In this document: positions 49,952 through 62,699 of the stretch, one piece after another
How positions within the stretch are numbered: the stretch's first letter is position 1
Layout: each line of letters begins with the position of its first letter
NCBI RefSeq assembly: GCF_963921235.1
Contig: NC_086101.1
Span: 11,782,001 to 11,846,000, forward strand
Reading direction: 5' to 3'
Origin: Mobula hypostoma
Taxonomy: Eukaryota
Length of the DNA: 64,000 nt
Made by a program: the position numbers and the translations under genes
Notes under the pieces: model-generated
What the model was told of the DNA's origin: nothing
Database searches by the model: none
Seen by the model: only the letters and a program-made list of their open reading frames with translations

Positions 49952-51122
49952 CTCTAAATAAAATCTGTACAGAATGGTGGGGGCACTTCATGTCTCTCCT
50001 GGGGTGGTGTTTTCTTGTTGTTCAAACAGTATAGTTGGGATCAATTCTCAGCAATACTCCTCTGAAATGAAATGAGAGTTCAGTCATATGACTGGGGCCC
50101 TGAGGAGTATTTAAATACAGCACAACACTGCTGTTGTAACCTGGAGGTAACCTCGACAGCAAGGAAAAGGCCAGGCTGTAGGTTTACAGAGCACTGGAGC
50201 TGTACTACACAGTAAACACGCTCCTCGCCCACTCTCACCCATGCTGAACAACAAGCCTAGCCAAGCTATTCCCACCTGTCTGCATTTGGCCCATATCTTT
50301 AGGGGACCCCAGGGGCAACATCTACACAGAGGCTGGTGGGGAAGCTCAACAAGCGGGTAGGACTAGAACATTTAAAAGACATTTGGACAGGTACCTGGAT
50401 AGGTAGGGCTTAGTCTTTTAACTACCTCCCCCCACTTTAAAGCTGAGGCATCTAGTTTTCAATTCCCCTGTCCAGGACTTTTCATCTTATCTCTTCCCCT
50501 TGAACCTCAGCAGCTTTTCTTAAATAAAGTCACACTACCCACCCTGCGGTCGTCCGGCATCTCCCCCGTGGCTGGTGATGACACGAACATCTCCCTGAGG
50601 GGCCCCGCAATTTCTTCCTGCACTTCCCACAATATCCTGGGGTACACCTGGGGTCTTATCTGCCTTTGTACGTTTCCAGACCTCTAGCATCACCCCTTCA
50701 GTAATGTGGACTCTCTTCAAGACATCAGTGTTAACTCCCCTACAAGCACCATGTAAGGTGGCAGTCGGTGCATCACCTTACAGAATCAGCATTCACCGAC
50801 CCGGGCTCAATCCCCACCCCGTCTGGAAAGAGTCTGTGCGTTCGCCCCATGACCACGCGAGTTTCCTCCGGGTGCCCTGATTTCCTCCCACGTTCCAAAG
50901 ATGTACCAGTTAGGGTGAGTGAGAGAGGGCATGCTACACTGTTGCCAGAAGCGTGGTGACAATTACGGGCTGCCCCCAGCACAATCTGTGTTAGCGGTCC
51001 ATGCAGAAGCACTATATGTTTCGAGGTACATGTAACAAATTAAAACTAATCATTATCATTAACTTTTAAACAGACTATTCGGCCTAATCTGTCTATGCCA
51101 ACTGTGTTGCTCAGTAAGATTT

Positions 51123-51428
51123 AACATAGAATATAGAATAGTAGAGCACAGTACAGGCCCTTCGGCCCACAATGTTGTGCCGACCCTCAAACCCTGCCTC
51201 CCATATACCCCCCCACCACCTTAAATTCCTCCATACACCTGCTAGTAGTCTCTTAAACTTCACTAGTGTATCTGCCTCCACCACTGAATCAGGCAGTGCA
51301 TTCCACGCACCAACCACCCTCTGAGTAAAAAACCTTCCTCTAATATCCCCCTGGAACTTCCCACCCCTTACCTTAAAGCCATGTCCTCTTGTATTGAGCA
51401 GTGGTGCCCTGGGGCAGAGGCACTGGCT
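51123..51428 (-). mobile_element. CR1 3' end (same subfamily as 5745-7678)
   Basis: Closely similar 3'UTR and (TTCTATA)n-like tail. Confidence 0.9.
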
Positions 51429-51712
51429 CCTCTTTGCTCCTTCTCTGGACTAATTGAGAAATTGTTCCTGAACACAGTCAACATCTCCTCCCTCACAAAA
51501 CTGTACAGAGGGAGCAGCTGACATTTAGAAAGTTGAAATCCCCACAATCCTATTATTCATACACTTATCTCCAATCGTCCTAAATCAGCTCTTCTGATTC
51601 ACACTGTCTATCAGGGTTATGCAAAAATCTCTTTCAAAAGGCTTATAGATCATAGAACAGGAATCAGCCCCTGGGCCCACAATATGCCGAATCAATTAAA
51701 CTAGTAATTATA

Positions 51713-53265
51713 CAGTGCCTATACAAAGTATTAACCTCCTTTGGAAGATCTCATGTTTTTTTGTTCTACAACATTGAAACACAGTGGATTTAATTTGGCT
51801 TTTTTGACACTGATCAACAGAAAAAGACTCCTTTGTGTCAGAGTGATCTAAATTAATTACAAATATAGAACACAAAATAATTGATTGAATAAGTATTTAA
51901 CCCCCCCCCCCTTTTAATATGACACACCAAATCAACACTGCTGCAGCCAGTTGGTTTTAGAAGTCACATAATTAGTTAAATGGAAATCTGTTTTTAGAGA
52001 CCTGTGTGCAGTCAAGGTGTTTCTATTCACTGTACTAAAAATATACCTGTATCTAGAAGGTCCAACTGCTGGTGAGTCAGTATCCTGGTAAAAACTACAC
52101 CATGAAGGCGAAAGAATACTCCAAGCAACTCTGCAAAAAGGTATTGAAAGCACAAGTCAGGAGGTGGACACCAGAAAATTTCCAAGTCACTGAATATTCC
52201 TTGTAATACAGTTAAGTCAATTATCAAGAATGTGGCACAGCTGCAAATCTGTCAAGAGCAAGCAGTCCTCAAAAGCTGAGTGACTGTGCAAGAAGGCCAT
52301 CAAGAGACCTATGACAAATCTAGTGGGGGTTACAAGCTTCAGTGGCTGAGAGACTACATATACAGCTGTTGCCTGGCTGCTTCACCAGTCGCAGCTTTAT
52401 AGGAGAGTGGCAAAGGAAAAAGCTACTGTTGGAAAAAAAAACACATGAAATCTTGGCTAGAGTTTGTCAGAAGGCATGTGGGAGACTCCGAAGTCAGCTG
52501 GAACGTTCTATGGTCTGATGAAACCAAAATTGAGCTTTTTAGCCATCAGACGAAACACTGTTTGGCATAAGCATAACGCTTCACATAATCAAAAACACAT
52601 CACCCTAGCGTGAAGCATGGTGGTGACTGCATCATGCTGCGGGGATGTTTCACTGCAGCAGGCCCTAGAAGGCTTGTGAAGGTAGAGGGTAAAATGACTG
52701 CAGCAAAATACAGGGAAATCCTGGAGGAAAACCTGATGTAGTCTGCAAGAGAACAGTGACTTCAGACAAAATTTGTTTTCCAGCAAGACAATGACCCCAA
52801 GCATAAAGCCAAAGCTACATAGGAATGGTTTAAAAACAACAAAGTTAATGTCCTGGAGTAGCCAAGTCAGAGTCCAGACCTCAATCCAACTGAGAATTTG
52901 TGGCTGGACTTGAAAGGGGCTGTTCATGATCCCCATGAAATCTGACAGAGCTTGAACAGTTTTGTAAAGAACAATGGGGAAAAATTGCAGTGTCCAGATG
53001 TGCAAAGCTGATAGCGACCTATCCACACAGACTCAAGGCTGTAATTGCTGCCAAAGGTGCATCTACTAAATACTGATAAAGGGGTAAATCCTTATGCAAT
53101 CAATTATTTGGTGTTTTATATTTGTAATTAATTTAGATCACTTTTTAGAGACCTGTTTTCACTTTGACATGAAAGAGTCTTCTTTTGATCAGTGTTTAAA
53201 AAAAAGCCAAATTATATCCACTGTGTTTCAATGTTATAAAACATGAAAACTCTTGGTGGGTGGGA
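51713..53265 (+). mobile_element. Tc1-like transposon, near full length, transposase inactivated
   Basis: TA|CAGTGCCTATACAAAGTATT left TIR; ATG near 52102 MKAKEYSKQL..; WSDETKIELF, VKHGG, FQQDNDPKH, SQSPDLNP.ENLW, AVIAAKGASTKY*; internal stops and frameshifts; long right inverted repeat with decayed tip. Confidence 0.9.
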
Positions 53266-53416
53266 ATGTAAACTAAATGCCATCAACCCACACAACGTCC
53301 ATATCCCTCCATTCGCTGGAGATTTATCCACCTGTGGAAGATCCGTGAGCAGCAGAGCAGCGTAGTGGTTAGAACAATGCTTCACAGTACAGCCGACCCA
53401 GGTTCGATTCCCACCC

Positions 53417-53670
53417 CCGCTGTCTGTAAGGAGAGTGTACTCTCTCCTCATGACTCTGCTGTCTGTAAGCAGGTGTACTCTCTCCCCGTGACTCTGCTGT
53501 CTGTAAGGAGGGTGTACTCTCTCCCCGCGACTCTGCTGTCTGTAAGGAGGGTGTACTCTCTCCCCGTGACTCTGCTGTCTGTAAGGAGGGTGTACTCTCT
53601 CCCCGTGACTCTGCTGTCTGTAAGGAGGGTGTACTCTCTCCCCGTGACTCTGCTGTCTGTAAGGAGGGTG
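53417..53670 (+). repeat. 39-bp minisatellite (about 6.5 copies) inside a V-SINE
   Basis: Unit CTGCTGTCTGTAAGGAGGGTGTACTCTCTCCCCGTGACT between the SINE B-box GGTTCGATTCC (53401) and the SINE body. Confidence 0.95.
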
Positions 53671-54483
53671 CTCTGGTTTCCTTCCACAAGGGTCTACCAG
53701 TTTGTGGTTAATTGGTCATTGTGAACCATCCTGTGATCAGGCTGGGTTTAAAAGGAGAAATTGCTGGGTGGAGCATCTCGAAGGGCCGGAAGGGCCTATT
53801 CTGCCTTGTATCTCAATAAGTAAAAAAAATAATTTCTCTTCAACAGGTCTTTTGTGTTTTCATCCACCATCACTCCTGGCATTGCATTCCAGGCACCCAC
53901 CACGCTCTGTGAAAAAGCTTACCCCACACATCTCTATTAAACTTACCCCCTCTCACCTCTGGTTAAACATTTCAACCCTGGGGGTGGGGGATACCAGATG
54001 ACTACCCTATCTGCCTCTTCTAATTTTATAAATCACTGACATGGGTTCCCAAACTTTTCTCATGCCATGGACCCATACCATTAACCGTGGACCCAGGTTA
54101 GGAACCCCTGCTCTATGGGGTCTCCCCTTAGTCGGCTACTCCAGAAGAAAACAACCCAGATTTGTCCCACCTCTCCTTACGGCACATGCCCCCTAATCCA
54201 GGCAAGCATACTACATGCCTGTCAACTTGAGCAGCCTCTTTCTGGAGCCCAATAACCCACATGGAAGGAAAGGGCTTCCGGCTGGCACTCCACAAGTCTA
54301 TAACCCTATGATTAGTTTAAAAGACAGTTGATTACCTCAAAAAATGACACTTTGTTTAATTTAGCTTAGTCAGTAATCTGCCAGAGTTTTGTTGTAACAA
54401 CCATATCATATTAATAAAATAGTGACTTGATTGAATTGTTGCCATTAATCTGTTCTTTGTTGGGGACTGAACGATGGCGTTCA

Positions 54484-56008
54484 GAAACATAGAAAATAGG
54501 TGCAGGAGTAGGCCATTCGGCCCTTCGAGCCTGCACCGCCATTTATTATGATCATGGCTGATCATCCAACTCAGAACCCCGCCCCAGCCTTCCCTCCATA
54601 CCCCCTGACCCCCGTAGCCACAAGGGCCATATCTAACTCCCTCTTAAATATAGCCAATGAACTGGCCTCAACAGTTTCCTGTGGCAGAGAATTCCACAGA
54701 TTCACCACTCTCTGTGTGAAGAAGTTTTTCCTAATCTCAGTCCTAAAAGGCTTCCCCTTTATCCTCAAACTGTGGCCCCTCGTTCTGGACTTCCCCAACA
54801 TCGGGAACAATCTTCCTGCATCTAGCTTGTCCAATCCCTTTAGGATCTTATACGTTTCAATCAGATCCCCCCTCAATCTTCTAAATTCCAACGAGTACAA
54901 GCCCAGTTCATCCAGTCTTTCTTCATATGAAAGACCTGCCATCCCAGGAATCAATCTGGTGAACCTTCTTTGTACTCCCTCTATGGCAAAGATGTCTTTC
55001 CTCAGATTAGGGGACCAAAACTGCACACAATACTCCAGGTGTGGTCTCACCAAGGCCTTGTACAACTGCAGTAGTACCCCCCTGCTCCTGTACTCGAATC
55101 CTCTCACTATAAATGCCAGCATACCATTCGCCTTTTTCACCGCCTGCTGTACCTGCATGCCCACTTTCAATGACTGGTGTATAATGACACCCAGGTCTCA
55201 TTGCACCTCCCCTTTTCCTAATCGGCCACCATTCAGATAATAATCTGTTTTCCTATTTTTGCCACCAAAGTGGATAATTTCACATTAATCCACATTAAAT
55301 TGCATCTGCCATGAATTTGTCCACTCACCCAACCTATCCAAGTCACTCTGCATCCTCTTAGCATCCTCCTCACAGCTAACACTGCCACCCAGCTTCGTGT
55401 CATCCGCAAACTTGGAGATGCTGCATTTAATTCCCTCATCCAAGTCATTAATATATATTATAAACAACTGGGGTCCCAGCACTGAGCCTTGCGGTACCCC
55501 ACTAGTCACCGCCTGCCATTCTGAAAAGGTCCCGTTTATTCCCACTCTTTGCTTCCTGTCTGCTAACCAATTCTCCACCCACACCAATACCTTACCCCCA
55601 ATACCGTGTGCTTTAAGTTTGCACACTAATCTCCTGTGTGGGACCTTGTCAAAAGCCTTTTGAAAATCCAAATATACCACATCCACTGGTTCTCCCCTAT
55701 CCACTCTACTAGTTACATCCTCAAAAAATTCTATGAGATTCGTCAGACATGATTTTCCTTTCACAAATCCATGCTGACTTTGTCTGATCATTTCACTGCT
55801 TTCCAAATGTGCTGTTATCACATCCTTGATAACTGACTCCAGCAGTTTCCCCACCACCGGCGTTAGGCTAACCGGTCTATAATTCCCCAGTTTCTCTCTC
55901 CCTTTTTTAAAAAATGGGGTTACGTTAGCCACCCTCCAATCCTCAGGAACTAGTCCAGAATCTAACGAGTTTTGAAAAATTATCACTAATGCATCCACTA
56001 TTTCTTGG
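54484..56008 (-). mobile_element. Young CR1 LINE (copy 2) with RT domain
   Basis: ORFs 55285-56037 and 54571-55170 (YLDFQKAFDKVPH, SKFADDTKLGG), separated by a premature stop at 55285-55287. Confidence 0.95.
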
Positions 56009-56249
56009 GCTAGGTTGGATTTGGGTTGGGGGAGCAAGGGGGGATCTTATTGAAATCAACCGGATACTGCAAGACCTGGATAGAGTGGATGTGGAGAGGA
56101 TGCTTCCATTAGTGGGAGAGTCTAGGACCAGTGGGCACAGCCTCAGAATGAAGAGATGTCCCTTTAGAACTGAGATGAGGAGGAATTTCTACAACCAGAC
56201 GGTAGTGAATCTGTTGATTTCATTACCACAGATGTCAAGTCATTGGGTG

Positions 56250-57151
<902 letters not shown>

Positions 57152-57894
57152 GTTGTATTCAACGCAGGGGTTGATCGGTCATTGAATGGCGAGGAGGTTA
57201 AAAGTTAGAGGGAGAATGGGGGTGGGAAAATAAAATCGGTCATGATTGAATGGCAGAGCAGATTTGATCGGCTAACTGGCTTAATCGCACTCCAACACTT
57301 TATGTTCTTATGGAAAATAAACCCTTACATGCACAGATCTCACAGCACAGCCCTCCCTACAGGAAGAAGGCAACGTCCACCGTCAAAGATCCCCACCATC
57401 TGGACCATGCCATCTTCTTGCAGCAACCATCAAGCAGGTGGTTTCACACTGTGAGGTTGAAGAACAGCTACTTCCCATCAACCATTCGTTTCTCGAAGCA
57501 ACTGGCAAAATGTTTATCATCAGAACAGGTTAACACTGTGCACACAAGAGCAAGTGTGTACTGCTCTGGATTTCCAGAATCTGCGGTACATCTTGTGTCT
57601 AACACTGTGACAGACCATTCTGATCATTTTGCACTAAAGTCTATTTTGTTTTTTTTTCAAGTTCAGTGTCTTTTTTCTTGTAACCATTGTGTATGCTTTG
57701 TGTTTTTATTGTGAATGCGGCGTATCTGACTCTATGCACCTGCAATGCCAGTGCAAGCTTCCCACTGCACTCACGCACCAGTGCTTGTGCACATGACAAA
57801 TTGGTCTTTGACGTTCAAATGTTTGGCGGTTTGACTGTTGGACTGTTGCCAGGGAACTGGCAGCTGTAGAGTGTCACACCACAAAGTGGTTTAA

Positions 57895-59180
57895 AATAGA
57901 GAAAAACACACACAAAATGCTGGAGAGTTCAGTAGGTCAAGCAGAATCTATGGAGAGCAATAAACAGTTCAGCCGGGACTGGAAGGGGAGGGGGTGAAGC
58001 CAGAATAAGCTGGGGGTGGGGGTGGTGGGGGGTGCAGTTGGCGGGGGGGTTAGTGCTAGCTGGCAGGTGATATATGAAACCACAAACAGGAGAAAATCTG
58101 CCGACACGAGGAAATCTGCAGATGCTGGAAATTCAAGCAACACACACAAAAAATGCTGGTGAACGCAGCAGGCCAGGCAGCATCTCTAGGAAGAGGTACC
58201 GTCGACGTTTCGGGCCGAGACCCTTCGTCAGGACTAACTGAAGGAAGAGCTAGTAAGAGATTTGAAAGTTGGAGGGGGAGGGGGAGATCCAAAATGATAG
58301 GAGAAGACAGGAGGGGGAGGGATGGAGCCAAGAGCTGGACAGGTGATTGGCAAAAGGGATATGAGAGGATCATGGGACAGGAGGTCCGGGGAGAAAGAAA
58401 GGGAGGGTGGAGGAACCAGAGGATGGGCAAGGAGTTATAGTGAGAGGGAAAGAGGGGGAAGGGGGGGAATAATTAATTAATTAATAAGGGATGGGGTACG
58501 AAGGGGAGGTGGGGCATGAATGGAAGTTAGAGAAGTCGATGTTCATGCCATCAGGTTGGAGGCTACCCAGACGGAATATAAGGTGTTGTTCCTCCAACCT
58601 GAGTGTGGCTTCATCTTTACAGTAGAGGAGGCCGTGGATAGACATGTCAGAATGGGAATGGGATGTGGAATTAAAATGTCTGGCCACTGGGAGATCCTGC
58701 TTTCTCTGGTGGACAGAGCGTAGGTGTTCAGTGAAATGGTCTCCCAGTGTGCGTCGGGTCTCGCCAATATATAGAAGGCCGCATCGGGAGCACCGGACGC
58801 AGATGCTGGGATCCAAGCAACACACACAAAATGCTGGAGGAACTCAGCAGGCCAGGCACTCCGGGAACTCTACAGAAAAGTGTAAATAGTTGACATTTCG
58901 GGCTAAGACCCTTCTTCGGGATTGGAGAATGAAGATGAGAAGTCAGTGTGTGAAGGTTGGGGGAGGGGAGGAAGAAGTGCAAGGTGAAACCTGGGGGGGG
59001 GGCTGGTGAAGAGTTGGGAATTCGTTTGGTGAAAGGGATACTGGAGTAGGGGGAATCTGATAGGAGAGGACAGAAGGCTATGGAACAAAGGGAAGGGGGA
59101 GATGATGGGCAGGTAAGGAGAGAGGGAAATGGGAATGGGGAATAGTGAAGGGGGGCAATTACCATTAGTTAGAGAAATCA
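57895..59180 (-). mobile_element. Tandem Penelope-like element remnants including a GIY-YIG endonuclease C-terminal segment
   Basis: 58520-58800 encodes CSRCGLLYIGETRRTLGDHFTEHLRSV..PVARHFN..RLEEQHLIFRLGSLQPDGMNIDFSNF, flanked by terminal repeats with hammerhead motifs (58199-58236 and ~58886-58923). Confidence 0.9.
58199..58236 (-). ncRNA. Minimal hammerhead ribozyme motif (intact core, short stem I)
   Basis: GUC-CUGACGA-A-GGGUCUCGGCCC-GAAA-CGUC/GAC. Confidence 0.65.
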
Positions 59181-59667
59181 GTTGAAGGGGAAGGTGTCTG
59201 ATTAGGGGAGTGGGAGTTGAAGCGAGAAGCTAAGAGGTGATTGGTGGAAGAAGTAAGTGGCTGAAATGGAAGGAATCTAGTAGGAGAGGACGATGGACCA
59301 TGGAAGAATGGGAAGGAGGAGGGGCAACAGAAGGTGAGGAGAAGAGAGGGGATAACAGGGGAGTCAGCACACCATTGAATACATCTACACAGGGTGCTGT
59401 TCCAAAAAAGCGGCATCAACCATCTCGAACCCCCACCATCCAGGTTACACGCTCTTCTCGCTGCTACCTTCAGGAAGGAGGTACAGGAGTCTCAGGTCCC
59501 ACACCACCAGGTTCAGGAACAGTCATTATCTTTCAACTATCAGGATCCTGAACCAGCGTGGATAACTTCACTCACCTCAACACTGAACTGATTCCATCGC
59601 CTATGGACTGACTCCGTTTCAAGGACTCGACAACTCGTGTCCTCAATATTTATTATTTATTTACATA

Positions 59668-60160
59668 TGACCATAATACCATAACACACGGGAGCAGAAT
59701 TAGGCCATTCGGTCCATCAATCTGCTCACCTTTCCATTATGGCTGATTTATTATCCGTCTCAACCCCATTCTCCTGACTTCTCCCTTTGATACCCTGATT
59801 CATCAAGAGCCCATCAAACTCCGTTTTTAATACAGTGACTTGGTTTCCACAGCGTCCGTAGCGATGAATTCCACAGATTCACCACCCTCTGGTTAAAGAA
59901 ATTCCTCTTCCTCTCCGTTCTAAATGGATGCTCCTCCATTTCAAGGCTGTGCCTTCTGGCCTTGGACTCCCCCACTATAGGAAACATCCCCTCCTCATTC
60001 ACTCCATCCAGGCCTTTCAATATTCGACGTGTTCCACACCCCGCCCCTCCGTTGCTTTTCGCGGGCAGTACAAATCCAGAGCCCTTAACACTCCCCATAC
60101 GTTAACCCTTTCATAACCGGAATTATTTTTAAATAAGAGTCCCAAAACCTCTCACAATGC
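59668..60160 (-). mobile_element. Old CR1 3' fragment
   Basis: RILKGLDGV..MFPIVGES..FRTERKRNFFNQRVVNLWNS. Confidence 0.8.
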
Positions 60161-60920
60161 GAGTATTAAAGTATCTGAGAAAAACAGTATTAAAATATTA
60201 AGTTCAATGATTAAAATATTTAAATAATAATTTTATTTGTGTATTTGCGGACCTTGTTGTATTTTGCACATTCATTGTTTGTCTTGCTGTGTGCGGGTTT
60301 TTCTTTGACCCTTGTGTTTCTTTATATTTACTGTGAATGCCCGCAAGAAACCGAACCTCGGGGTAGTATCAGGTGACATATTTGTGCTTTGATAATATGA
60401 AACACTTGAATGTGGAACGGAAAAGGGGAGAAGTGGGAGGGTGAGAAATGAACGGAAGTTGAAGAAGCCGGTGTTCACGCCGGCGGGTTGGAGGCGACCC
60501 AGGCGTTATGTGAGTTGCTGCTCTCCAGCCTGCGTGCGGCGTCATTGTGACATGTCGGGACAGGAACGGGCAGCCGAATTAAAATGGGTGGCCACCGGTA
60601 AAGCTCGCCGGCAGTGGATCCCGTGATCCACCGGTCAGGCTATTTGGTAGCTTCTTCCTCGCCCCACCTTTCGATAGGGTGACTGATCCGAATGGGACGT
60701 CAGTCAGGACAGGCCAACAAACTACTCCCTTTTCCCTGCCACCGTTAACCCTCCACAGAAATTCACCTGCTCTGCATACTTCATTCTGCCCCTCTAGACG
60801 GCTCTGGCTATGAATGTACTTTCTCGTTGGTTTATTGTAATAGCGCACTGCCTATTTGCAACAGACTTGATCGGGGAAATCGTTAACACGAACACATTGG
60901 CCCCCCGCCTTACAGACTAC

Positions 60921-60947
60921 AAAGTGAAAGTAGTTTGAATCAGGAAG
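60921..60947 (+). promoter_or_regulatory. IRF-element-like and ETS motifs just 5' of the TRIM-D ATG
   Basis: AAAGTGAAAGT at 60921-60931 and CAGGAAG at 60941-60947, in a CpG-rich region; motif match only. Confidence 0.5.
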
Positions 60948-60962
60948 AGGTCGATTGCAAAC

Positions 60963-61367
60963 ATGGCGGTTAGGACGGACTGCTTCGCCGATGAGTTAAG
61001 CTGCCCCGTCTGCCTGGACTTCTTCAACAATCCAGTGACACTGGAGTGCGGGCACAACTTCTGCCGCTCCTGTATCACAGAGTGTTGGGAAACAGACAAC
61101 AGAAACTCCTGCCCCGAATGTAGAGAGGAGTTCCAAGACCGAAAGTTCCGGGTGAACTGGGCCTTGGCAAATCTGGCCCAGAAGGCGAAAATGTTGAAGC
61201 GGGATCCGCAAGAGCAGGGAAGTGTTTTTGTTTGCCAGGAACATAACGAAAAACTGAAGCTGTTCTGTGGAACGGACAAGAAGCTGATCTGCTTGATCTG
61301 TCGAGATGCGCGGGAACACAGAGACCACCGATTCATGCCGATTAAAGAAGCTGTTGAAATCTACATG
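60963..61367 (+). CDS. TRIM-D exon 1 (RING + B-box2)
   Basis: AACATGG; ELSCPVCLDFFNNPVTLECGHNFCRSCI..CPEC; CQEH..CLIC..EHRDH; ATG|GTAAAA; 405 nt. Confidence 0.95.
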
Positions 61368-61453
61368 GTAAAAAAAAGGAAACAAATTGTAACGTCCGGT
61401 TATGTTGTTATAGTTTAATATTTTTATTCTGTGGTTTGTCTCTGATACCCAAG

Positions 61454-61549
61454 GATCGGATTAAATCTTCTTTCAAAAACCTGACGGAGGAGCAAGTGTC
61501 GGCTGTGAAAATGGAACAGACGCAGAAGCGGCAGATTTCTGGAGTGAGG
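61454..61549 (+). CDS. TRIM-D exon 2
   Basis: CAAG|GAT; DRIKSSFKNLTEEQVSAVKMEQTQKRQISGVR; AGG|GTAGGT; 96 nt. Confidence 0.9.
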
Positions 61550-61637
61550 GTAGGTTTATCTTGCGGTGATGTCCCGCTAAACTAGAGTCTTGTCCATTTA
61601 ATCCTGAAGGTGATGGTGTTTGCCTTTGGCCCGGCAG

Positions 61638-61871
61638 GAACAGTCGTGCGTTCTGCAGTCCCAGGTCTCATCCGAGTTCGCCAAAATGCACCAGAGCCTG
61701 AGGAAGAAAGAGGATCGTTTGACGGGAGATCTCAAGGGACAGGAGCAGAGGATTGTGGGCGCAATGGAGAAAAACCTCCAGCAGATCCAACAGTATTTAA
61801 ACTCCATTCAGGGGGAGCTCTCGACGCTGGAGAAGAAGATGAAGGAAACCGACGGAGTGAAGTTTCTGAGG
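61638..61871 (+). CDS. TRIM-D exon 3 (coiled coil)
   Basis: GCAG|GAA; EQSCVLQSQVSSEFAKMHQSLRKKE..GVKFLR; AGG|GTGAGG; 234 nt. Confidence 0.93.
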
Positions 61872-61986
61872 GTGAGGGGCTGCAACCAACAGAAATAAGA
61901 GTTGCGGGTTGCAGAAATCGGGAGTCTCTGGGCTCCAACCGCACGGTGGCGCTGCTGCCTGAATGAGCGGGTTTGACCCCGACCCC

Positions 61987-62499
61987 TTGGAAATGCACAT
62001 TAGTATCAGCAAAGCAGAGGTTAAGTGTGTAACCTGGGAAAAAAATCAACCGAATGTGGCAAGAAAGATGGGACAGGGAGGGGAAAGGGAGGCATTTATA
62101 TCAAATACAAAAGAGTGTTGCAGTTACTAGGGTAGGTAATGGAAACAAGAGAGGAAATTGTGTGGACTAGGTTAAGGCTGGGGCACTGTGTACTGAACAA
62201 AACATTGAAAATGATAGGGAAACACCAGACAGGATTGTGTGAGGAATGTCAGGAAGAGGAGTCAGTAGAACATGTCGTTTTGTGTTGCAGGAAGTATGGG
62301 ATACAGAGAGAGATGATGAGAAATAAATTAAGGGAGTTGGGGATGCAGGAATTCACATTAAAAGGGTTGCTGGGCATGGGTGAGAGAGCACAAGTCCGGG
62401 TGTTTTTAGCGTTTTTAAGGGGTACAGGGGTTTTTTATAGAATATGACGAATAAACAGGAATAGGATACTAGGATGGTCAAAGATGGGAGGGTGAAGTG

Positions 62500-62533
<34 letters not shown>

Positions 62534-62640
62534 GGGATTTAGAATGTATGTCTAGTGCACATTCTGGAGCAGAGGGTGGCGGTAATGCACCATTAAGCTG
62601 GATGCCAACCGCTGTAAAACAAGATACAGAGAGAGAGAGA
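61987..62640 (+). mobile_element. I/Nimb-group LINE 3' end with 12-bp TSD
   Basis: WQERWD..GRHLYQI..TRLRLGH..CEEC-X7-H-X4-C..FLRGTG ORF2 end; 3'UTR GGTGGCGGTAATGCACC..CAACCGC; GACCCCGACCCC at 61975-61986 and 62641-62652. Confidence 0.8.
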
Positions 62641-62699
62641 GACCCCGACCCCGGACCCCGCCTGTGCGGATTGCAAAACTCAACAGAACCTCTTGTGTT

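Noticed and set aside
52102..53075. Functional Tc1 transposase
   Set aside because: Multiple stops and frameshifts, and a decayed right TIR tip.
53355..53415. tRNA gene (A-box and GGTTCGATTCC B-box)
   Set aside because: No complete cloverleaf; it continues into a V-SINE body, as do other copies.
54548..55240. 230-aa plus-strand ORF
   Set aside because: Antisense shadow of the CR1 ORF2 on the minus strand; it is broken in the sister copy at 21800-22492.
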